A stretch of 15,146 bases of DNA from Candidatus Electronema aureum (lineage in GTDB: Bacteria > Desulfobacterota > Desulfobulbia > Desulfobulbales > Desulfobulbaceae), in the NCBI GenBank assembly GCA_004284765.1, contig NQJD01000047.1:1-15146 (forward strand), written 5' to 3'. The notes under the pieces were generated by a model. The model searched no databases. It had not been told where the DNA came from and saw only the letters and a list, made by a program, of their open reading frames with translations. Of this stretch, positions 1 to 6,331 are shown in pieces (position 1 is the stretch's first letter; each line of letters opens with the position of its first letter). Position numbers and translations under genes: made by a program.

Positions 1-220
1 CATTCGCCCTCTGAAAACTGAGACCAAGTCGGAAGTCAACTTTTTCAATATTATATTGTTTTTAATGGTAAATTCAATGTGTTTTTTAGGGAGCCGTTCG
101 CTTTGCCACTCATGGTTCACCATTACCAACTTATGCAAGAGGTCTATTATGACAGCGACAGCAAGGGCGATACGATACGCGATAGTTTCCGCAGCAGGGC
201 AGTTCCAACCCGGCATTTTC

Positions 221-249
221 TTGACACCGCACTCTATCAGGGGTAAGAA
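221..249 (+). promoter_or_regulatory. Candidate sigma70 promoter for the M50 protease gene (TTGACA-17-TAAGAA)
   Basis: Perfect -35 TTGACA at 221-226, a 17-nt spacer, then a weak -10 TAAGAA at 244-249 that lacks the conserved final T. It lies 39 nt upstream of ATG 288. Confidence 0.3.
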
Positions 250-287
250 CAAAGTTCTTTCATCCCGTTCCCTGCGGAGACAACAAC

Positions 288-917
288 ATGGACATGAACC
301 AATATATCTTAAAATTTCTTATTCTTGCCCCGCCTCTTCTCTTTGCGCTGACACTGCATGAGCTGGCGCACGGCTATGTAGCATGGATGTTAGGAGACCC
401 GACAGCAAAGAATGAAGGCCGCTTGACCATGAACCCGCTCAAGCATCTTGACCCCTTTGGTGTGCTGGCCTTTCTCATTGCTAACATCGGCTGGGCCAAG
501 CCAGTGCCGGTCAATCCAACCTATTTTAAAAATCCGCAGAAAGGAATGCTGCTGGTGGCGTTAGCTGGGCCGGGGATCAACCTGCTGCTGGCTGTGGCCA
601 GTGCGCTGTTAGTTAAGCTGCTGATTATGCAGCCTGTTACCTCGCCTTTTTTGATTAGCCTGCTGGCACCGGCAGTTAATATGGCAGCGGCCTCAGTGTT
701 TATCAACGTCATGCTGGCGGTGTTCAATTGTCTGCCCATTCCGCCGCTTGATGGCTCGAAGGTGCTGATGGGGATGCTACCATCAGGCGCAGCCCGTAGC
801 TACGCCCAGATGGAGCCGTATGGATTCATTCTTGTGCTGATATTGTTCTACTTGGGGGTAATCGGCAAGGTGATTATGCCGATCACTCAGTTTGCCAGTG
901 GCGTATTGCTGGGCTAA
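288..917 (+). CDS. Site-2 protease family (peptidase M50) integral membrane zinc metalloprotease
   Basis: 209-aa ORF with an HExxH motif (HELAH) in the first hydrophobic segment. A second S2P motif, NCLPIPPLDGSKV (NxxPxxxLDG), is present and the protein is hydrophobic throughout. GGAGA sits 7 nt upstream of ATG 288. Confidence 0.9.
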   Translation: MDMNQYILKFLILAPPLLFALTLHELAHGYVAWMLGDPTAKNEGRLTMNPLKHLDPFGVLAFLIANIGWAKPVPVNPTYFKNPQKGMLLVALAGPGINLLLAVASALLVKLLIMQPVTSPFLISLLAPAVNMAAASVFINVMLAVFNCLPIPPLDGSKVLMGMLPSGAARSYAQMEPYGFILVLILFYLGVIGKVIMPITQFASGVLLG

Positions 918-1357
918 AAGAAGAGACGCTTCTGCGTATTCTGTTCTTTGGATTGCCTAATGAGTACCTGACATTCAGGGCATTCACCGGAGAATTCAAC
1001 GTGATGTCCAAGAATATTGTAGGAAGTTTTTCTCGCGGCAGCTTCAACAATGTCTTCAATGACATCAACTGCAATGTTTTCGACTTTATTGCAGCGAGAG
1101 CAGCGGATATGATAGTGAGGTGTTAATTCGGCATCAAAACGTTTCTGCGAGCCGCCGACTTCAAGTTTCAGAATCAGATCATTTTCTGCCATCAGCTCAA
1201 GGTTTCTATAGACTGTCCCCAGCCCAATGCGGGGTAGTCGTTTTCGTACTACGTCGTACAGCTCGCAGGCTGTAGGATGGTTTTTTGCTTTTTGAAGTTC
1301 TTCAAGTATAATCTGCCTCTGTTTGGTGATGCGGACCATGAGATCAGGCGCATTCAT
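914..1357 (-). CDS. Fur-family transcriptional regulator (Fur/PerR/Zur type, specificity not assignable)
   Basis: N-terminal winged-helix pattern VRITKQRQIILEEL...GLGTVYRNLELM. A His-rich sensor patch (HYHIRC) and two CxxC pairs (CSRCNK, CPEC) typical of the structural Zn site are present. The ORF opens at TTG 1372. ATG 1357 is preceded by GGTGA at 5 nt spacing and is my preferred start. ATG 1339 is also possible. Confidence 0.85.
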   Translation of the reverse strand: MNAPDLMVRITKQRQIILEELQKAKNHPTACELYDVVRKRLPRIGLGTVYRNLELMAENDLILKLEVGGSQKRFDAELTPHYHIRCSRCNKVENIAVDVIEDIVEAAARKTSYNILGHHVEFSGECPECQVLIRQSKEQNTQKRLFF

Positions 1358-1413
1358 ACTGTTCACCGCCAATGAGTTAACACTTCATGAGGACATCCTC
1401 GCCCGCGTTGTGC

Positions 1414-1448
1414 AGTCCGACCGAGCTGACTCCCGTAGCTCTCGGACT
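1414..1448 (-). other. Bipartite stem-loop in the 5' leader of the Fur-family gene
   Basis: AGTCCGA-cc-GAGCT-(9 nt loop)-AGCTC-TCGGACT gives 12 bp in total with a 2-nt bulge. It lies between the predicted promoter (1522-1549) and the start codon. Confidence 0.4.
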
Positions 1449-1459
1449 CGCTTCGTTTG

Positions 1460-1517
1460 CGTTATATAACGTACTGTACCGCCCGCCAGCTGTACCCGTA
1501 TATTCGTTACAATAACG
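1460..1517 (-). promoter_or_regulatory. Two related inverted repeats, CGTTAT/ATAACG (1460-1471) and CGTTA-caa-TAACG (1505-1517); candidate autoregulatory operators
   Basis: A perfect 12-bp palindrome CGTTATATAACG and a second 5-3-5 repeat share the same half-site. The second repeat abuts the predicted -10 and overlaps the expected TSS. AT-rich dyads of this size are what Fur-family dimers bind, but there is no match to a specific published box. Confidence 0.35.
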
Positions 1518-1521
1518 AAGG

Positions 1522-1549
1522 ATAATAAGGCAAATATTGCACCTGTCAA
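1522..1549 (-). promoter_or_regulatory. Candidate sigma70 promoter of the Fur-family gene (TTGACA-16-TATTAT on the minus strand)
   Basis: The minus strand reads gcgcTTGACAggtgcaatatttgcctTATTATcc. The -35 lies at 1544-1549 and the -10 at 1522-1527. This predicts a leader of about 155 nt. Confidence 0.5.
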
Positions 1550-1590
1550 GCGCAATAACGGGCTGCGTTTTTTCTTGCTTGACAACACCT

Positions 1591-2643
1591 CTAAACAATC
1601 CAATCCTTGAAAAGCTCATCGGGCAGAGGAGCTACGTCGCAAAGTTTTCTTTGATTACCGCCTTGTTCCATTAGCACATTTCCTGCAAGCGGCCTGCCCT
1701 CGGTCTTTTGCCCGTAGCGCACCACCAGCCCCGCAGCCCAGAGAGCTAACTTCACCTGTTCCTGCTCTTCGGCGGCGACCGTGACAGCAGCGCGGCGCAG
1801 TAAGGCGACTGGCCCGGAACGCTCTGGCATAAATAGCAACCAGTCCTCCGGCCCGCGCAGCGCGGTTAAACGCTCGTTTTCCTGCTCGTTGCGGCCTAAG
1901 ACCAACCAATGTCCGCCGGGTAAGCGAAACTGGCGACCTATCAGCAGCAAGCAGATGTCCTCGGCAGTAATGCCTTCCTGTCCGATCGCAAAGAGACCTT
2001 GGTAAAAGCGTTGAATCCGCGCCGCCAGAATGGGATCAGTCAGCACGCAGCCGCCCGCAGGAGCAGGGAAATTGGTAATACCCAGCTCGCGTGCCAAGGC
2101 TAACTGTCCTTTCCGCCCTCGTCCAGCTAACCCGTGCAGCTGCGTTCGGTCGATCAAGCCCTGCTGCTCAGGTAGAGTCGGCGGCATCAGCTTGGCAGAG
2201 AGCGGACGAAGAAGAATATCCTGACAACCCGCTTTCTTTTCAATGAGCTGAAGCGTGTCAAGCTGCTGCGACATAGGCCGCTGCCCGCGTACCTCGCCAG
2301 TGAAGAGAAAGGAAGCACCGCGTTCCTCCATCAGCTCGCGGGCGCGGCGTAGCATCAAGATTTTACAGTCAATGCAGGGATTGAAATTTTTCCCAAAGCC
2401 GTGGGCTGGCTTGCGCAGCAGCTCGATATAGCCTTCACTCAGATCGACTAATTCAGCTTCAATTTTGTACTTATCAAAAATATCCTGCTGGAATCGTGCT
2501 TCGTCGGCCAGCAAATCATGACCGAAAAAGGGAGTAACGAATTTCAATGCCTGCACTTGGATGCCTTGAGCAGCCACGATTCGGCAAGCAAGAATGGAAT
2601 CTAAGCCACCAGAGAAAAGGCCTATCGCGTTGATCTTGTTCAT
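1591..2643 (-). CDS. PP-loop ATP pyrophosphatase, ThiI-like sulfurtransferase-type domain without THUMP, plus an uncharacterised C-terminal region of about 150 aa
   Basis: The SGGLDS PP-loop begins 10 residues after M at 2643 (MNKINAIGLFSGGLDS). A CIDCK motif is present, and FTGEVRGQRPMSQQLDTL resembles the ThiI GESLGQVASQT segment. The ORF opens at 2703, but ATG 2643 gives the usual short N-terminus. Confidence 0.8.
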   Translation of the reverse strand: MNKINAIGLFSGGLDSILACRIVAAQGIQVQALKFVTPFFGHDLLADEARFQQDIFDKYKIEAELVDLSEGYIELLRKPAHGFGKNFNPCIDCKILMLRRARELMEERGASFLFTGEVRGQRPMSQQLDTLQLIEKKAGCQDILLRPLSAKLMPPTLPEQQGLIDRTQLHGLAGRGRKGQLALARELGITNFPAPAGGCVLTDPILAARIQRFYQGLFAIGQEGITAEDICLLLIGRQFRLPGGHWLVLGRNEQENERLTALRGPEDWLLFMPERSGPVALLRRAAVTVAAEEQEQVKLALWAAGLVVRYGQKTEGRPLAGNVLMEQGGNQRKLCDVAPLPDELFKDWIV

Positions 2644-2760
2644 GGATGTAATATTATGATTGTAATCATCGGCTTTGCCCATTAAGATGGATTGAAGACG
2701 CATAATGCGTGGTTTTCCCTCATACTTCTAAGCTCCTCGCCGGAGCGGGCCGCCTTTGTC

Positions 2761-3444
2761 ATGAATTGGGTTGAGCTTCTGGGTTATCTGGCAGTGTCGC
2801 TGATGTTCTCTACATTTTACATGAAGAACATGATTCCGCTGAGGATTATCGGCATCATGAGCAATGTTGTTTTTATCGTGTACACTTCTCAGGCGCATAT
2901 CGTTCCTGTTTTCATGTTGCATGTTGCCCTGCTACCAATGAACTGCATCCGCTTGGCACAAATGCTCAAGCTGATCAAACAGGTTCGCAAGGCTTCTGAA
3001 GAAGACATGTCGTTTGAATTTATGATACCCCACATGAACAAAGAGGCATTCAATGAGGGAGATATTGTATTTCGCAAAGGTGACAGAGCAGAGAAAATCT
3101 ATCTTCTCAAGTCAGGCTCGCTGTCAGTCGATGAATTGGATGTAGCCATCAAGCCAGGTGAGATTTTTGGTGAGATGGGCGTTTTTGCGAGCGAGCAGCG
3201 ACGTAGTGCTACTCTGCGCTGCAAAACTGACGTGGAGTTACTTTCCATGACCGATACTCAAATCCGTCAGCTCTATTATCAGAATCCTGATTTTGGCTTT
3301 TATCTGATTCAGCTGCTGCTCAAACGTTTTTCCCAAAACGAGGTACATGTACTCCAAGCAGACGACGAGCTAATCAAAGAGAAAGAACCGCTCAATTCTG
3401 CTTTCGCAGTCGCTGGTGGCGGAACCAAAAACCAAAGCCACTGA
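2761..3444 (+). CDS. Membrane-anchored cyclic nucleotide-binding domain protein
   Basis: About 3 N-terminal hydrophobic helices are followed by a cNMP-binding fold with the phosphate-binding cassette FGEMG...RRSATL. The ORF opens at TTG 2692. ATG 2761 (MNWVELLG) is the first ATG and starts directly at helix 1. Confidence 0.85.
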   Translation: MNWVELLGYLAVSLMFSTFYMKNMIPLRIIGIMSNVVFIVYTSQAHIVPVFMLHVALLPMNCIRLAQMLKLIKQVRKASEEDMSFEFMIPHMNKEAFNEGDIVFRKGDRAEKIYLLKSGSLSVDELDVAIKPGEIFGEMGVFASEQRRSATLRCKTDVELLSMTDTQIRQLYYQNPDFGFYLIQLLLKRFSQNEVHVLQADDELIKEKEPLNSAFAVAGGGTKNQSH

Positions 3445-3601
3445 ACAGCAGGCCGCAGCAGAGCAGAAAATACCTCGCTAATACCACATCGATTCTGACC
3501 AAGGCAATGAACACCAGCAACAAGCCGCTGCCAATCAGCAGCCAGTCCGTGATGATCGCGACAACACGACTGAATTGTCGTAGCAAGTTCATCAACTGCA
3601 C
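3392..3601 (-). CDS. Small (69 aa) two-helix membrane protein, unknown family
   Basis: A canonical AGGAGG lies 9 nt upstream of GTG 3601 (ATG 3592 is an alternative). There are two clear hydrophobic helices and a basic C-terminus. Its 3' end overlaps the 3' tail of the cNMP gene by 53 nt on the opposite strand. Confidence 0.55.
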   Translation of the reverse strand: MQLMNLLRQFSRVVAIITDWLLIGSGLLLVFIALVRIDVVLARYFLLCCGLLFSGFGFWFRHQRLRKQN

Positions 3602-3666
3602 TTCATTATTCCTCCTACGGAAATAATTCTTCAGACCAGCTTATCGTTTCTGCGCACTGCTTGTTC

Positions 3667-3705
3667 TTCCTGCAACATAACAGTTTCTCGCTTATGTTGC
3701 AGGAA
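3667..3705. promoter_or_regulatory. Perfect 14-bp inverted repeat (TTCCTGCAACATAA-N11-TTATGTTGCAGGAA) in a divergent promoter region
   Basis: Read directly from the sequence. No U-tract follows on either strand, so it does not look like an intrinsic terminator. It sits 66-104 nt from both flanking start codons. Confidence 0.4.
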
Positions 3706-3770
3706 AGAAAAACTCAACCATCAGCAAGAGGAGAAAGAATGCTTTGCATCGTAACACACAGAACAACGCC

Positions 3771-5030
3771 ATGAGTCGCCGGGTTATCGTGGTCGGCGGC
3801 GGGGCTGCTGGGCTGATGGCCGCAGGTCAAGCAGCGGTAAACGGGGCTGAGGTTGTCCTGCTGGAGAAAATGGCCCAGCCGGGACGCAAAATCAACATCT
3901 CTGGCAAGGGTCGTTGTAACCTTACCAACACCGCCGAGCTGTCCGATTTCCTCGCTTGCTTTGGTAGGAATGGCAAATTCCTCCGCCAATGCTTCCAAGA
4001 GTTCTTCAGCCAAGACCTGATTCGCTTTTTTGAGGAACGCGGCGTGGAAACGGTGACAGAACGGGGTGGCAGGGTTTTTCCTGCCCAAGGTCGGGCAGCG
4101 GATGTGGTTGGGGTTTTCCGCGACTGGTTGACTAATCTGTCGGTTTCTCTGCGGCCTGGCTCGCGAGTTGAAGAGCTGTTGATTGAAAACGGCCACGTGC
4201 GCGGCGTGCTTTGCAACGGTAATGTGGTGTCGGGAAGCGCGGTGATCCTCGCCACGGGCGGAGCCTCATATCCGGCCACTGGCTCCAGCGGTGACGGCTA
4301 CCGGTTAGCTGAGTTGGTTGGCCACAGCATTGTTCCTATTCGCCCTGCCTTGGTGCCGGTCGAGACTGGCGGTGGTCTGGCCGCTCGATTAGCCGGGTTG
4401 CATTTGCGCAATGTTGGGGTGCGATTACTAATCAACGGCAAGCGAAAGGAAGATGCTTTCGGTGAGCTGCTGTTTATGAAATACGGTTTGTCCGGCCCAG
4501 TCATTCTCACCTTGAGCAAGCTGATGGTCGATGCGCTGCGGGTGGGCGAGCAGGTCAGTCTGCTCTTAGATTTGAAACCCGCCTTGGACGAGCCAAAATT
4601 GGATGCTCGCCTGCTGCGCGATTTTGCCGAGCGACGCAAGGAAACGATGGACGTGGTGCTACGCGGTCTACTGCCGGAACAGATGGTGCTGGTCTGCTTG
4701 GAGGAAACTGACATTGTCGCTGCGCGGTTGGCCGGTGAGGTTTCGGCGGCAGAACGGAAGCGGCTGCGCAGCTGGCTGAAGAGCATCCCCTTTCCTGTGA
4801 CTGGCTATCGGGGCTTCAAGGAGGCGATTGTCACCGCAGGCGGGGTGGAACTTGCTGAAGTTGACTCGCGCACTATGCAGTCGAAACTCTGCGCGGGTCT
4901 CTACTTGGCCGGGGAATTGCTTGATCTTCAGGCAGATACTGGCGGCTATAATCTGCAAGCCGCCTTTTCCACCGGTTGGCTGGCCGGGAAATCGGCAGCG
5001 GCGCAGCTCAGGCAACAGAATGAATTTTAA
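3771..5030 (+). CDS. NAD(P)/FAD-dependent oxidoreductase, HI0933/YhiN/BaiN family flavoprotein
   Basis: An N-terminal dinucleotide fold VIVVGGGAAGLMAA...LLEK is followed by GRKINISGKGRCNLTN and a C-terminal GGV...LYLAGELLDLQADTGGYNLQAAFSTG, all typical of this family. The start is ambiguous. TTG 3744 has GAGGAG 10 nt upstream. ATG 3771 fits the usual family N-terminus but has no SD of its own. Confidence 0.85.
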   Translation: MSRRVIVVGGGAAGLMAAGQAAVNGAEVVLLEKMAQPGRKINISGKGRCNLTNTAELSDFLACFGRNGKFLRQCFQEFFSQDLIRFFEERGVETVTERGGRVFPAQGRAADVVGVFRDWLTNLSVSLRPGSRVEELLIENGHVRGVLCNGNVVSGSAVILATGGASYPATGSSGDGYRLAELVGHSIVPIRPALVPVETGGGLAARLAGLHLRNVGVRLLINGKRKEDAFGELLFMKYGLSGPVILTLSKLMVDALRVGEQVSLLLDLKPALDEPKLDARLLRDFAERRKETMDVVLRGLLPEQMVLVCLEETDIVAARLAGEVSAAERKRLRSWLKSIPFPVTGYRGFKEAIVTAGGVELAEVDSRTMQSKLCAGLYLAGELLDLQADTGGYNLQAAFSTGWLAGKSAAAQLRQQNEF

Positions 5031-5704
5031 CTGCCCCCAAATGTTCTGTTAAGAAATTCCTGATGTTTTCTATCCGTGTCTTCACTTCGTTCGAGACGGG
5101 CATATTCGATAAGACCTATTGCGCGTTGAAATTCATCATCAGCAATATAGCCAAAATTGATACGTGTAAGAAATTCTTCCAGTTCATCTAAGAAAAGAAC
5201 TCCTTTTGGTGTTGGAGTTTTAAATTTTGCATTCCCTGTGAATATAACAATATCCTGTATGATTTCTTTAGGAAGAAAATTGAGCAGAGTCCGCACGGCA
5301 AGCCAATGCTTGTAATTCTGCCTTAAAGGATTTTGAAAGATATTTTTTATTTTTCCTGCGGTCTGAGTCCATTTTTCATCATCTGTTTGTGCGAAAATCC
5401 ATCCAGAATAATTTTTGGTTTCAATGATGAGTATCCCTTTTTTTGTCAACAGGATATGGTCAATCTGAGTTGTTCCACCAGCAAAATTTATCGTTACATT
5501 ATCGAAAAAATATCCGCCAGAGTGACTGCAATAGGCACTGAGAATATAACTCACAGCACATTCACCCTGTCTTCCTCGTTCTTCTCGTGTTTTTGGTGAT
5601 GTTCTCTGAACAGGTTCTTTTTTGCCACTTAAATTTCCTTTGTATTTACGGGCAAGTGTGAAAAATGCAAGGCAGAACAATATCAACAAAAAAAGGTTGC
5701 TCAT
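5027..5704 (-). CDS. NERD (nuclease-related domain) protein with an N-terminal membrane anchor
   Basis: The TM helix MSNLFLLILFCLAFFTLA is followed by the NERD core GECAVSYIL...TQIDHILLTKKGILIIETKNYSGWI...W...NPLRQNYKH. The gene is visibly AT-rich. The ORF opens at 5770, and ATG 5704 starts at the TM helix. Confidence 0.8.
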   Translation of the reverse strand: MSNLFLLILFCLAFFTLARKYKGNLSGKKEPVQRTSPKTREERGRQGECAVSYILSAYCSHSGGYFFDNVTINFAGGTTQIDHILLTKKGILIIETKNYSGWIFAQTDDEKWTQTAGKIKNIFQNPLRQNYKHWLAVRTLLNFLPKEIIQDIVIFTGNAKFKTPTPKGVLFLDELEEFLTRINFGYIADDEFQRAIGLIEYARLERSEDTDRKHQEFLNRTFGGS

Positions 5705-5818
5705 AGTGTATCTGTCGCAATATTGAAAATAATTTTTCTGCAAAAAAACATAGTACCACCCGGAAGTCAAGAAAAAATCATCGTTTTAGGTCGCTGTGGG
5801 TAAATTTAAGGAGAAGTG

Positions 5819-6331
5819 ATGAAATCATATGAAGGTGTGCAAAAAATAATTGACCAGATTAGACAGGAACGGGCAACGGGCCGTCAACGAAGGTCAGTAA
5901 AAATCGCACCAGAGGAAAAAAATGGCATTAGGCCGAAAACGTTGGGCAGAGCGATACTAATAACAGGAAAAATATTGGTTAGAACGGTACTGATAGCAGG
6001 AAGCATCTTTGTCGTCGTCTCTATTCTCTTGGCATTGCTATTGTTATTTGTCACATCACAGCAAGAAGTAGCGAAGAAAGAAATAAAGCAACAAGTGGCG
6101 ATGAATAATGAAAATACGGTTTACGCTATCAAAAAACATCAGATTGAAAATGAAACGGCATATACAAAAAAAGAAATAATTGGTTACACGATATATCTTA
6201 AAAACGGAAAAAGAATAAGTTGTAAAAAAACTCCGACAACGCAAAACGGAATGATGACGATCGTTGAAGGACGCATAAAAAATGAAATTCCTCTGTCATG
6301 GGTAAGTAAAATTGAAGGAATGTGGCAATAA
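5819..6331 (+). CDS. Hypothetical membrane-anchored protein (basic N-terminus, long hydrophobic segment, C-terminal domain of about 90 aa)
   Basis: AAGGAG lies 5-6 nt upstream of ATG 5819, and GTG 5816 is also in frame. The hydrophobic stretch is ILITGKILVRTVLIAGSIFVVVSILLALLLLFV. The gene is AT-rich like the divergent NERD gene. I recognise no family. Confidence 0.65.
   Translation: MKSYEGVQKIIDQIRQERATGRQRRSVKIAPEEKNGIRPKTLGRAILITGKILVRTVLIAGSIFVVVSILLALLLLFVTSQQEVAKKEIKQQVAMNNENTVYAIKKHQIENETAYTKKEIIGYTIYLKNGKRISCKKTPTTQNGMMTIVEGRIKNEIPLSWVSKIEGMWQ

Noticed and set aside
1-60. CAT at 1-3 could be the ATG of a minus-strand gene leaving the window (GAGGG 4 nt upstream on that strand)
   Set aside because: Only the start codon would lie in the window, so this cannot be supported.
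56-361. 101-aa plus-strand ORF at the window start
   Set aside because: It overlaps the M50 protease start in another frame and has no SD. The region holds the candidate promoter and SD for the protease gene.
1377-1619. 80-aa and 72-aa minus-strand ORFs in the gap upstream of the Fur-family gene
   Set aside because: They overlap each other and the predicted promoter and leader. They have no SD and no recognisable features. The region is better explained as regulatory.
3714-5015. Minus-strand ORFs of 115-162 aa (3714-4196, 3827-4279, 4298-4786, 4668-5015) and the plus-strand ORF 4828-5052
   Set aside because: All overlap the HI0933-family flavoprotein gene in other frames. They have biased Arg/Ser/Pro composition and no start-site signals.
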